From Batkoa obscura (Eukaryota): DNA of 64,000 bases. The first letter of the stretch is position 1. Each line of letters opens with the position of its first letter. A program made the position numbers and the translations under genes. Location: positions 806,001-870,000 of the forward strand of contig JASVEC010000011.1 in the NCBI GenBank assembly GCA_030770535.1. Direction: 5' to 3'. Below, one piece after another: positions 52,021-64,000 of this stretch. Under the pieces are notes generated by a model that was not told where the DNA came from, made no database searches, and worked only from the letters and a program-made list of their open reading frames with translations.

Positions 52021-53408
52021 GGACAAATTTAACTCCTATATTCAAATGAATTGATTTTATATCATCAAGCAACTGAACGCCTTGATAATATTATTCTTTT
52101 TAATAAGAAGCCATAACCCTTTCTATTAAAAAGTTGACTTAAAAGAAATTAATGAATAAGAATCCCTACTAATTAATTTATTTTTAATTTCAAGACAAGG
52201 TTATAGTTATTTATTTAATATAATAAAGAGACCGGGATATCATTAAGGAAGAGTGAAATGATTCGAAGAAGTGTCTTTGTGCAAAAACAGAGACTAAGGT
52301 GGAAACGTAAGATGGTAAAGAGCTGAAGAGATTAGAAAGGGAAACGAATAAGGAAGAATTAATCTTTAACCTCTTTTTGAAGGCAATCAAGTTTATTTCC
52401 TTAAGAATGAGGATTTACAGTTAATGCCTATTAATTTGGATATAAAAATAAAATTTACTTGATATTATTGATATTATTGATATTATATATATAAAGATAT
52501 TTAAGTAGCTAAGTTCTTACAATTTTTAAATTAGGAGCTATATTTGCTAATAAGTTTAGTGTGAAAGTTTTGATTTAAAAACAACTTTTTAATACTATAT
52601 AGATTTCAGTAAATGACCAAAACGATGAGATTCTTTTAGTCCAACAACTAAAATTTAGAATAATGAGGTGAGTTATTAAAACCATTGTTCAGTGATTCCT
52701 AATATGTTACAAATAATATTATAATGATATAAAATCACAGCAATATAAATTAGTAATAAAAAATAGTTTTTAGAAATAAATCATTAAATTAATATTTATT
52801 AATAAAATCTAAAATTAGGAGTAAAGAAAATCGTATAATCAAAAGAATTTTAACAGAAATCGAAGTTGGTGGGCCAAATTAACTTTTCTCGAGAATTTAC
52901 CTCTTTAATTTGCATATATTCAAGGTATACATAAAAAATTATCAAAAGCTTTCCATTCAAATCAACAAAAAATAAAAGAAGTGGTATGATATTAAGATTT
53001 AAATTACAATTTTACAAAATCGTTGATCTTTAGTAATAGAGGCTTTGGATCTCAATTTCCAGCATAAAGTTAAATAAAATTGTTTACAGTTATTAAATTT
53101 CAATTGTTCAGTGACTAACCGTTCATTTGAGATAAATTTTAAATACAAATTCCGCTAAAGCTCAAGGATAGGACTTTAAAAAGAGCAAGCAAACGGATAG
53201 TACCGAAGAAATTTTCAGAGAAAATGCATATTTGAGTTCCAACAGTTGTATTTAACCATCACTCAATAAATTAATTTTTAATTTAGACCGATTGACGTAT
53301 TTAATTAGTAATTAATTTAGATCGATTAGCATATATAAATTAATCAAAGGGACATTACTTATCAAAATAAATAGAAAGTCAATTGTATCGAATTAAACAA
53401 TAAAAGCT

Positions 53409-54512
53409 ATGTCACACAATAAAAACTTACAACAATCATTAGACCTCAAAGGATTAAAACTCAAAAATCGAGTAGCCCTTGGTTCATTAACTCGTAATCG
53501 TGGGATTGTCCCAAACAATGTAAATATTGATTTTTATCGTCAAAGAGTATCATCAGGTTTATTACTAACTGAAGCTATACTTATTGAGCCACAAGGTACC
53601 GAATGGTTGGAAGCACCAGGAATTTGGAACAAGGAACAAATTGTAGCGTGGAGGAAATTAACTGATACAGTACATGAAAATGATGGTCATATCTTTGGAC
53701 AAATATGGCATCCAGGAAGAGCTGCTAACACCTTACATAATGCTGGTGTAGCCCCACCAGCCCCTTCTGCTATTAAAGCTAATGGCGGGAAGTTTCGTTT
53801 ACTTGAGGGAAGCCCTGGTTATTCTGTTCCAAGAGCAATTGAAGATCCTAAAGAATACGTACAAAAATATAGACAGGCTGCCATCAACGCTAAAGAAGCT
53901 GGATTTGATGGTATAGAATTACATGGCGCTAATGGCTATTTACCACATCAATTTCTTGACTCTCAATCAAACCAACGTACTGATCAATATGGTGGTAGTA
54001 TCGAAAATCGTTCTCGATTTATCCTTGAGATTATTGATGCCTTTAATAAAGTATTTTCAGCTGATAGAGTTGGCATTAAACTATCCCCTTGTGGTGGCTA
54101 CAACGATATGGGTGAAAAAACTGAAGAAGAAGCCTATGAATTATTTAGCTATTTAATTTCTGAACTTGATAAACGTAATATTGCTTATATCCAACTTGTG
54201 CGCCATCTTCCTGATTTTGATCCAACCAATCGAGGCCATAAACTTGATATTGAAAAATTCTTCCCATTAATTAAGAACGCTAAGATTTTTGTTAATGGTG
54301 GTTTTACTGCTGAAGAAGGAGATAAATATGTTGCAGATGGAAAAGCTGATGTAATAGTATATGGTCGTCCATTCATCTCTAACCCAGATCTTCCTGAACG
54401 CTTTTTTAATAACAATGAATTATCACAAATCACTGATTTTTCTACTCTTTACTTATACAAAGGTGAAGATCGCCATGTTGGATATAGTGATTATCCTAAA
54501 TTTACTAACTAA
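53409..54512 (+). CDS. Old yellow enzyme family NADH:flavin oxidoreductase
   Basis: LKNRVALGSLTRNR, QIWHPGR, AGFDGIELHGANGYLPHQFL..NQRTDQYGGSIENRSRF, YGRPFISNPDLPER, GYSDYP; single exon. Confidence 0.95.
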   Translation: MSHNKNLQQSLDLKGLKLKNRVALGSLTRNRGIVPNNVNIDFYRQRVSSGLLLTEAILIEPQGTEWLEAPGIWNKEQIVAWRKLTDTVHENDGHIFGQIWHPGRAANTLHNAGVAPPAPSAIKANGGKFRLLEGSPGYSVPRAIEDPKEYVQKYRQAAINAKEAGFDGIELHGANGYLPHQFLDSQSNQRTDQYGGSIENRSRFILEIIDAFNKVFSADRVGIKLSPCGGYNDMGEKTEEEAYELFSYLISELDKRNIAYIQLVRHLPDFDPTNRGHKLDIEKFFPLIKNAKIFVNGGFTAEEGDKYVADGKADVIVYGRPFISNPDLPERFFNNNELSQITDFSTLYLYKGEDRHVGYSDYPKFTN

Positions 54513-55616
54513 TGAATACGTTAATAATAAAAGTTATTAAAAATAGTCATATTGTGGTTGTACTATTATGATATTTATCGTCTGTCTAGCTGTAAAGGGC
54601 TTTTGGTCTAAAATAAAAGTGATTCTTAAACATTAGTATTGTTTTTTGATATGTTGTTACTTTTTAATATATTATCCCTTTTGGAATTACAATATTATCT
54701 TTTTTATTCAAAATAATTTTTATTCATGTAAGTCAAATTATTTTTAATGTATCTATAATGTAATATTTTATCAAACAGCTATAAACACTATGATATTAAT
54801 AGATAGCCATAAATATATTAATTTTATCAAGCTATTTGCCAAAAGATATCATTAAATGAGTATTTACAAAACGTATTTAAACTAAATATGTTTATTATTT
54901 ATATTGCGTAGTAATGCTTGCATACATAAAAACCAATTTTATAATATTGCTTATAACATGTATTAATCCTTATACTTATATAAGAAACTGTTATAGCTAT
55001 TATTTATATAATATAATTCTACTACTGTAGCTAGAAAATAATAAGCATTAGTTTGTATTCACACAAATTACTTAAAACTGTCCCAAAATTACAAGCACCT
55101 TACTTTGAATATTAGTTTCTCAGTCAACTATGATTAAAAATCGAATCTTTTCTATTTGATATACATATTTTGATGTATATGATATCACTTTTAGGTTTTA
55201 CATTAAGTGATATATTTGAACTTACTAAAGTTATTACAAACAACAAAGCAAATTTTTTAAAATAATTCAATAATTCTCGCATTTCCTGATATTTAAATAA
55301 ACCAAAATATTTCACTTAATGTAAAATTTTAAAAGCAGTGATTTATAGCATATTATTACATCTATATCAAGTATAGACGTAAAAAGGTATTGTCCTTTAG
55401 TTATTATTAATCGAGAAACCAATACTCAAAGTAATCGATGGTAGCTTTTGAGTAGTTTTTGAATGCACTCTATAGCATAGCTATGTCTTTGCATCTATGA
55501 AAGTATAATTATAGAAATATTAATATTGTTACATCTATATTTAATTAGACATTACTTGTCCTTATTTTATTTAACAATGTACGATGCTAATGATAGCTTT
55601 GGTATTTTAAAAATTA

Positions 55617-55718
55617 TATGGGGATGTATTTTTGTTTAAGCATTTTACTAACGATTTTTCCGCTCAAATAGCGCTTAAAAATGGAAAAAGTGATGAAACC
55701 AAAAAAAACATCCCTATA
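55617..55718 (-). mobile_element. MITE family A copy
   Basis: Reverse complement of consensus, TA TSD. Confidence 0.85.
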
Positions 55719-57097
55719 TAGAAAAATATTTTTTTTGTCATTTGTTTTTAGTATAAATTAAAATGGGATAACAATTATTATAAATAAACAATTAGCTTTT
55801 TAATTGATATTTAATTAGTATTTTATTCCCCTATACCATAAAGCTAAATTAATTGATATCATATAAAATAACGAAACATTTAAATTAATCTTTAAATGAA
55901 ATAGCTATCAATTCCTATTAAAAAGAATAAAAACGCTTATTGATTTCAGAATAAAAGTGGAACACAAGAGTGAACTTATTGTATGGAAATAAAATTTTCC
56001 CTAACACTATTATTTATTCTATAAGTGTGAAAGTATTTAAGTAGTTAAGTTCTTTCGATTCTTAAATTAGGAGTCAGATTTGTTGGTAAATTTAGCAAGA
56101 AAACTTTGTTTTGTAAACAATGATATTGATTAGATTTTTTTATTAAGCAAAGTATTTTTAAATAAAAAACTATAGTAAGGTGGCTTATCCTAAAAATAAA
56201 AAGTCTTTTCTTAATGTTGTTCCCTTATCTGTGTTTTCTCTTTTTATTCTGCAATATCTTCAATTATATTTTTAATGAATAAATATTGATTATTCTATTT
56301 TAAAAGCTAGTATAATAATAATCAAAGTTAAACTTACTTAATAAGCATCAACCTTAAAAAAGTGAGGTTGCAGGTTTTAAATTAAAAGTGAGCCAAAAAG
56401 GTAAATTTGAAACTTTTGTCAAATTGATTTCTAGAGCGAAATTTATTTTCATATTCCCATTCCCATTCCCATTCCCATTGACAATATAAAATATATAGTT
56501 AATAGTAGGAAAGTGGATAAATACTATTTTATTAAATTTAATATGGAGATAGGGTCATAAATAATCATCAGTATCAGGTTTTCATTGTATAAATGATACG
56601 CTATTTAATTCCATTAATTTTTAATATATAACAGACCACATGAAACGATTCAAAGCTCAAGTGATTGAAACTTAATTTTACATTCAATTCATTGAAATTA
56701 ATCAAAATAATTATTTATAGTTTTACTAGACTTTTCATTTCAAAAAAAATAGTATACTCTTATTAATATCCATTAGACACTCACTATTTAAATACCAAAA
56801 CAAAGTCAATAAAGCTCAACTTTATCTTTTCACACCCGAAACATTTTATTATAAAACCAAATTTCTACAATGAATTCTCCCCTTTTTTCAATTTATATCA
56901 TTTATTTAAGGATAAAAAATTAGGTTGTGTACAATTGAAAAACCATTGAGACCGTAATAAATTAAAATCCCTAATTTTAATCAAACACTAATAACAATAT
57001 TAAAAAGTAGGTGTAAAAAAGATAATTGACTAATTAAAAATATTTTATTTACAAAGCAAAGATAGATTAATGATAATAATGCACTAAGATAAAGAGA

Positions 57098-58060
57098 TTA
57101 AAAAAAAGTAAATCTGCGTCTTGATTTAACTTGGAAGGTATTCGACCTACGTACAGTAGCTTGATTAAAAGCACCTTCCTTTTTTTCTTCCAATACATCT
57201 GTCGATGCATCAGAGGAATCCGATAATACGGAGCTATTCCTTATCAAAAACTTGGATTTGTTTGAGAGGTTAGTCAATGATCTTTTTAACTCAACCCTTT
57301 CAGTTGAGGTTGGGATGACTAGCACTTGATTCTTTGCTACCAAACAATAATTCCAGCATAAAAATTCGACTACTTTTTGGGATTTCTTATATTCTTCAGG
57401 TAAATGTACATGCTCTGGCAAGCATAAAATAGAGGGTTGGAAGATGGAAGCTAAGTTTGAGTAAGGCATCAAAGTAGCATCTGCATATTGATTAAATTCC
57501 ATAAAAAAATCTAAGAGGTATAATAATAAATTCAAATTGTCCGGCTCTAATGATTGTAATAATTTTTTGTATTCTTCTACTTTATAGGTATCTACACTTT
57601 CTTGCTCCAACACACTTCTAAAGGAGTGAAATAATTCATTTGGAATCACCGGCTCAACAAGTGATGTTAAATATCTAGTTAATGTACTAGCGACATCAAA
57701 AGGTGTAAATCCTAAGGCTTTGAGGTCAAGGTTGGATCCATACTTTGGAGTATCTTCAAATAATAATTGTAAGTTTTGCATTCTTTTGAGGGAGCCAGAT
57801 ACGCGGAATACACCCTTTGACTCTGTCCCATGAGCTCTTAAATAGTCGGTACAGACATAAATAATGGTAGGTATTCTCACACTATAGCTTGGGAAAGCTT
57901 TCAAGCTAATTTGGTGACTGCTTACTTTAACTGACTCTTTTAAGGAGGTATTGAATACGGTTTTCTTGTTTCGGTTAAAATCAAACTTTTTTAAAGTTTT
58001 TAAAAATCTTTTGAAAGATTGGGAAGTGTTTGTGGATGGTTTATTAGCGTTAATGTTCAT
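57098..58060 (-). CDS. Rho GTPase-activating protein
   Basis: IPTIIYVCTDYL..GVFRVSGSLKRM (arginine finger), DVASTLTRYL..EPVIP, LMPYSNLASIFQPSIL; single exon. Confidence 0.92.
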   Translation of the reverse strand: MNINANKPSTNTSQSFKRFLKTLKKFDFNRNKKTVFNTSLKESVKVSSHQISLKAFPSYSVRIPTIIYVCTDYLRAHGTESKGVFRVSGSLKRMQNLQLLFEDTPKYGSNLDLKALGFTPFDVASTLTRYLTSLVEPVIPNELFHSFRSVLEQESVDTYKVEEYKKLLQSLEPDNLNLLLYLLDFFMEFNQYADATLMPYSNLASIFQPSILCLPEHVHLPEEYKKSQKVVEFLCWNYCLVAKNQVLVIPTSTERVELKRSLTNLSNKSKFLIRNSSVLSDSSDASTDVLEEKKEGAFNQATVRRSNTFQVKSRRRFTFF

Positions 58061-59501
58061 GATGTATTAGTAAAATATAAAATAAATGAAAGGATAGGAA
58101 AATTAAAAAAGTGTCTTTCCCCACTTAATTTATACTTTTCTTTTCAAATTACTTTCTTTTTTTAATTGGCTATTCAATTTTTTATAAGTTTAATGTTAAG
58201 TTAGGTTTAGGAGGTAGCATGACTAATTAGTAAGGGGTAAAAAGAAGCTCCTACCTAATTAAGGCAATATATAATTTCCACCAATCATAAGCATCCAAAT
58301 TGGAGGGGTGAAAACATTGGTTAGGTTTTAAGATTAAAACTAGACCAATGATCATGATTCAATCTATTAAATTAATTTATTGATTGGACTCTTATTGACA
58401 TATTTTTAGGTCACGTTTTTCTCGAAATGAATACTATTAATTTTTGGATTAGCTTTTTTAAGTTAGGTAAAAACTGCTTTTATTTAGCATACAAGATTTA
58501 AGTTTTACTACCCTTTCCTTGTTCAAACAAACAAAACTTTAAGTGTGGGTTAAGATTAAAACTTATCTCTTAGTGGTGCTCTCAATCGCTAGTTTACACT
58601 TATTTTGGTGCGTTAAAATTGATTGAACTGTTTAATTTTTTAAGTAGAATTGATTTTTAATAGAATAATTATCAAGATCAAAGATATTTGTCACAACAAT
58701 CACATAAAAAAATAAAGTTATAGTATTATGTTTTATACATAACCATGATAGATGAAACCCTATTTAGATTATTAAGATTTATTAATATAATTATTAATTG
58801 TCCTATATATTTTTTTCATATGAAATGATATAATCGGTATTATAATGTATATAAATAATTATTATCATCTTGCTATACCTTAAAATAAGAAATGAGTTAC
58901 AGCCCAATTAAAAGTAGTCACACTTTTAAATCTAGCTTATAAATTATTATATTGTAGTAACCTGTAACTTATCTACGGATAAATAATTAAAATAGTTATT
59001 CAACATTTAGAATTGACGTAATCCTCACTTACGATCTCAAGAAAAGACAAATGATAGCTCCTTTATATAATAAAAAAGTTTAAATATGATCTAATTTAGC
59101 TTGATTGAGAACCTGATATTAAAAATAAAAATTGTAATATTTATTAATACAGTGATCTAATTTCAAACATTAGCAAAATTATAATAAATTGTTTTTGATT
59201 CCAGGTCTAGCCAAGTTAATGATCTGGCTATTGAGTCTACTATAATATTATATTAACCAAGTTTCAAACTGCCTAAAGTTTTTTGATTTCATCTTAAGCA
59301 AATTTTAGCCATCCCTTGCCAAGCCAGAAATGCACAGTTTTTTCAATAAATGTAGTTAAGTGAGAACTGTAAGCTATAATTAGATTTATTCAATAATTTT
59401 TTACCAAGCCAAAATCTATTAATATATTCCTTGGTAAATCTGAGATATTCCTTCTTTACATGTTCGTTTGAGTAATAGATTATTGCAGTTCTCCAAGATA
59501 A

Positions 59502-59601
59502 TATGAGGATGTACTTTTTTGTTTAAGAATTTTACTAACAATTTTTCCACTCAAATAGCACTTAAGATGGAAAAAGTGATGAAACCAAAAAACACCCGAT
59601 A
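59502..59601 (-). mobile_element. MITE family A copy
   Basis: Reverse complement of consensus. Confidence 0.8.
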
Positions 59602-60326
59602 TACTCATTTTTTAGGCAACAGTTGTTATAAGTTATACTAGCCTAGTTATGGCCTCTATGTTTTTTAAATTACAATCTGGAAATTAAAGTTTGGGCTTAA
59701 AAATCTAGATAGTTGCTAACATTTATTCGGTTTAGTTAAAATTAGGCTAGATTTTTTTCAGTTTATTGTTTATATTATATTAGTGTTTTGGAGATATTGG
59801 TGTTGCTTTTATTGTCAATAAAGCCTCGGGAAATTTAACGTAAGCCTTATTTTAATATGATTTACAATTGTGTTGTTCCATGCGCCCCATGTCTACTGTT
59901 TAGTTCAAATAATCAATAAAGTTAATTATTTTTGGAAATGAATTTTTTATTAATTTTTTTACAAACTTTAAAATCGAGAGAGGTTTCAAAACAACTTCGT
60001 TCCAAACATTTTAATTACAAATATAGCAATTTATAACAAAAGAATAAAAATACGCTATTTTTTATTTTATTCTTTTTCGGTTGTTATGCTTAAATGTGGG
60101 AGTTTTATTGAATCTATTACTATTACAAGTCCTTTACTCGGAAATAATTGATTTTCCGTGTAAAATCAATTTAAGAAACAGACAATAGACAATAAGCTAC
60201 CCTTTCAATAATCAACAAAAACACAAGCATCTCTAAAATACAACAAAAACACAAATATCTCTAAAATATAATAAACAACAAATCCAAACTTGACCACCAC
60301 TAATCCTAATCTCACTGAATTTATTA

Positions 60327-60431
60327 TATGGAGATGTATTTTTTTGTTCAAGAATTTTATTAGCAATTTTTCCACTTAAATAGCGCTTAAAAAATGGAAA
60401 AAGTGATGAAACCAAAAAAAGCACCCCCGTG
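60327..60431 (-). mobile_element. MITE family A copy
   Basis: Reverse complement of consensus; one end retains CCCCG. Confidence 0.8.
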
Positions 60432-60796
60432 TTTTTAGAAGCATAGGCGACTCCACATTTTCAGATGAAGAGGAATCTTTTAAAATAGATAAATAGGTAG
60501 AAACAATGTGCAACTTCAATTGAAGCTTTAATATTTTTCTTCACACCTAGCCATTCAACTTAAATAAGAAAAGTTCAATAACTACAAAATTTAACACAGT
60601 GCATAAAATGGCCTAAAAGCATTTGTTTAATAATAACTTAATTTTATTTTAGTTTATATTTTTAAGACTAACAATATAAAATAACTTTTAATATAATAAT
60701 ATTACATAATAAAACAGTTTGCAGCTAGATGTTTTTTATTGTTTTTAATTTGAAGTCAAATTATCTATAAAGTTAAAAATGTATAAAAAAGATATA

Positions 60797-60911
60797 CAGT
60801 GTTTTTAAAAATTATTTTAAAAATAAATGCTTTTCAGTTTCTAGTTATTGAGAAAAAATGGCTGTTTAAAGTTGAATGCTTCAATTTTTAAAATAATTTT
60901 TAAAAACATTG
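60797..60911. mobile_element. 115-bp Tc1/mariner-type MITE (second family)
   Basis: TA|CAGTGTTTTTAAAAATTATTTTAAAAAT ... ATTTTTAAAATAATTTTTAAAAACATTG|TA: TIRs of ~28 bp or more, CAGTG start, TA TSD. Confidence 0.7.
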
Positions 60912-61320
60912 TAGCTTTTAGATTTTATTAAAAAATATAAAAGTTATAGAAAATTTTTACAAGTTTCATTATTTTTTTACTTATGTTTGTTTTTATTGTT
61001 TTATAAAATTTGTTAATAAAAATTTTATGCTTATAATATTTCATAACTTATTTTTTATTATGCTTTATGCTTATAAATTAAAGTTTACTTTAATTATATA
61101 ACCTAAAACTCATCAACTATCAGATTTGTTTAAAGTTATAATACTGCATACAATAATTATTTTATTTAAAACATAATGTTTATTATATAATTAAATTTTA
61201 AACTTTATTTATATTTTCAGCTTTTATTATAAAATATTTTTTATTTTTTATACGTTTTTTTAATATGTTTTTATAAACAATAATAATGGTAAAAATCAAA
61301 TTATTACTATAGTTAAACCA

Positions 61321-61904
61321 GGTAGGGATGTATTTTTTTTAAGAATTTTACTAACAATCTTTCCGCTGAAATAGCGCTTAAAAAATGGAAAAAATAATAA
61401 TACCAAAAGAAACACCCCCAGATATTAAAACTTTAAACCAAATTAATGTATTAAAGTTTATTAAAAAAAAAGTATATGGGGATATATTTTTTTAAGAATT
61501 TTGCTAGCAGTTTTTCCGCCCAAATAATACTTAAAAAATGGAGAAAGTAATGAAACCAAAAAAAACACCCCCATATATCTTTAGTAATAGCATTTTTATT
61601 TTTAAGCAATATTAAAATAATAATAATAACACATTAATTGGTTTTAATATAAATTATCAGATGATATTTGATAAAAGGATTTTATAACTAATTTATTAAA
61701 GGTATCAAAAAAGCTAGCTGTGTTTTTAATAGCATTAATAATTTAATTGTTTTATTTTAAACTTTTTTTAATACTATTAACATACTTTTGTTTAATATAT
61801 ATGGGGATGTTTTTTTTGGTTTCATTATTTTTTCCATTTTTTAAGCGCTATTTGAGCGGAAAAATTATTAGTGAAATTCTTAAACAAAGAAATACATCCT
61901 CATA
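61321..61904. mobile_element. Three MITE family A copies (61321-61423 -, 61475-61575 -, 61800-61904 +)
   Basis: Each matches the ~100-bp consensus. Confidence 0.82.
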
Positions 61905-62243
61905 TAATCCTGGTTTAATTAACTTTTATTTTAAAAAATTAATTAAAAATTGATCTATTAAATAATATTATTATGAATTATAAAGTATATAAAAACTTGA
62001 TTAAAAAAGTCAAAAACCTTAAATTTAAGCTTTATAAGCATAATACCATTTTTTGTTTTAAAGCTAATAAACTTAAATAAAATTAATCATTTTTAAAAAA
62101 AAGTTAAATTTATTAAAAATAGCTTTGATTTTCTTATTATTAACTTTTCAAACTTTTTATTACTTGTATATTATAAAAACTTTAATAATTGTTTAATTAT
62201 TTTTAATAATAATTTGAAAAGCAAATTAAAATAAACAAACTGC

Positions 62244-62995
62244 TGTAGAAGTTAACACTCAGTAGCTGGAGTTAAAAACAGCCTTTGCTTAATCAACTAG
62301 CTATAAATTAAAAAAAATTAGTTTATGTAACTAAAATAAACTTGAATTATAAAAAATAGCATATGGGGATGTATTTTTCTGTTTAAGAATTTTACTAACA
62401 ATCTTTCCACTGAAATAGCACATAGAAATGGAAAAAATAATGAAGCCAAAAAAAACACCCCCATATGCGAGTGTTTTTTTTTGACTTCATCCCTTTCGCC
62501 ATCTTTTAAGCACTATTTTAGCGGAAAACCTGTTAGTAAAATTCTTAGACACAAAAAAACATCCCTACATAATAAGCTATAAATTATATAAGGTAAGTAT
62601 AATATTTTATATTGTTATAAAATCTATATAAGATATTATTTAAAAAACAGTGGCTTTATTAAAAATATAATATCAGGAAATAATTTAATAAAAAAGCCTT
62701 AAGCTATTATATTAAAAAATAATACTTATATTTTAACTAAGTGATTATATATATAAAATATGATAACAGTTGTTTTTTATTATAATTACCAAGTATGGAC
62801 ATCAAAATGAGGAGATAATATCCTTTGCAATTAAGTGGTAGATATTTTTATAGCAAATAAAAATAAAAACTCTGAATTAATTATATTATGTAAATCATAG
62901 TTAAATTAATTACAAGACTGTAGCTAGTTTTATAAACAAATTAAGTGCTTATTATATTATGATTAATTATAAAGCTGATAAAGCAATATTTCGTA
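62244..62995 (-). mobile_element. Old mutated copy of element B carrying a MITE-A dimer
   Basis: Colinear with 26126-26584 (e.g. CCAAGTATGGACATCAAAATGAGGAGATAATAT; ends AAAGCAATATTTCGTA), with many G>A/C>T changes. Confidence 0.7.
62362..62569. mobile_element. Inverted dimer of MITE family A
   Basis: Minus copy 62362-62465 and plus copy 62464-62569 share one TA. Confidence 0.82.
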
Positions 62996-63049
62996 TTAGT
63001 TAAATTATATAATATCACTATTTTTGAAAGTGATAATTTTAAAGTAATA

Positions 63050-63202
63050 AGTGTGTATTTTTATGTTTAAAAATTTCATTAATAATTTTTTCACTCAAAT
63101 AATGGGGGTATTTTTTTTGGTTTCATTATTTTTTCGATTTTTTAAGCGTTATTTCAGCAGAAAAGTTGTTAGTAAAATTCTTAAAAAAAATACATTCCCT
63201 AA
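63050..63202. mobile_element. Partial (-) plus full (+, 63101-63202) MITE family A copies
   Basis: Half element ending ..CACTCAAATA followed directly by ATGGGGGTATTTTTTTTGGTTTCA.. Confidence 0.7.
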
Positions 63203-63682
63203 TGCTTAAGAAATAATAAAACAATAAAACTAAAAAAAACACTTTTTGATTAATTGTTTTAAAAAAGTGTTTTAATTTTATAATTTTATAATTATTTTAA
63301 ATATTTTTTTAAAAATATTTAAAAAGTTTATATAAAAAAATTAGCAATATTTCAAATTTATATTAGATAAAATAAATTATATTATTGTTTTTACTTTTGC
63401 TATTTTATTATTATTTTATATTTTATATTTTAAATTATAATAAAAAAATCAAAAAAAGCTTTTATAAAAAAATCAGCAATACTTAAAATTTATATAATTA
63501 AAATAAAGTTTATCTTTATTTTTATTTTATATTATTTTTTTATAAGCTTTTATATAATTTATTATTATTGTAAATTACTTTTTTATTTAATTTATATAAT
63601 TTACTTAACTGTTATATATTATCCTTTTATCTATAAATCTATTTTAATTGCTGAAATTTTTTTTTTGATTTATTATAAATAA

Positions 63683-64000
63683 TGTAAAATATTGCTTTAT
63701 TAACTCTCGGATTGATTATAACAGCAGTCACTTAAGCTGTTGTGTTCTCAAGTTCAGATACAACCAATTCAGAGTCCCTTATTTTGATTTGCTGCGAGAA
63801 TTTATAACTTCACATTGCAAAGAATATTATCTTCTCGTTTTAATATCCATACTTGATGGAATATAAAAGAGATTCTTCAACATGATAACTCGAAGCTTTC
63901 TAATTGAATTACTCCCTGATATCGTACCTTTAATAAAGCCACCAAATCTTTCTGACAATATCTTACGTAAATTTTACATTAGTATATTTCGTTCTATTTA
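63683..64000 (+). mobile_element. Element B copy, truncated by the window end
   Basis: TGTAAAATATTGCTTTATTAACTCTCGGATTGATTATAACA.. aligns with 25502 onward at high identity. Confidence 0.85.

Noticed and set aside
56452..56478. (ATTCCC)4 as an interstitial telomeric repeat
   Set aside because: Only four units and not a TTAGGG-type motif; an ordinary microsatellite.

Overview
Very AT-rich eukaryotic DNA with many short introns. Gene content (ERG3, RCY1, CP2/Grainyhead factor, CE4 deacetylase, GPI wall proteins) and composition suggest an early-diverging fungus, plausibly Zoopagomycota/Entomophthoromycotina (inference). I can support 18 protein-coding genes, several assembled by hand from spliced exons missing from the ORF track (COX13, PEX39-like, GST-zeta, most of the Nhp10-like gene), plus one F-box pseudogene. 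Repeats: a ~100-bp Tc1/mariner-type MITE (about 18 full copies and 1 partial), a ~460-bp TG..CA element with 4-bp TSDs nested into itself, three other small TIR elements and a decayed LINE 3' end. Best observations: (1) both tandem LDAH-like hydrolase paralogues need a 71-nt AT-AC minor-spliceosome (U12-type) intron; (2) older repeat copies show strongly one-directional C>T/G>A hypermutation resembling RIP; (3) the 460-bp element inserts into copies of itself; (4) a 384-bp identical tract between the LDAH paralogues. All alignments, exon boundaries and family calls were made by eye, without database searches.
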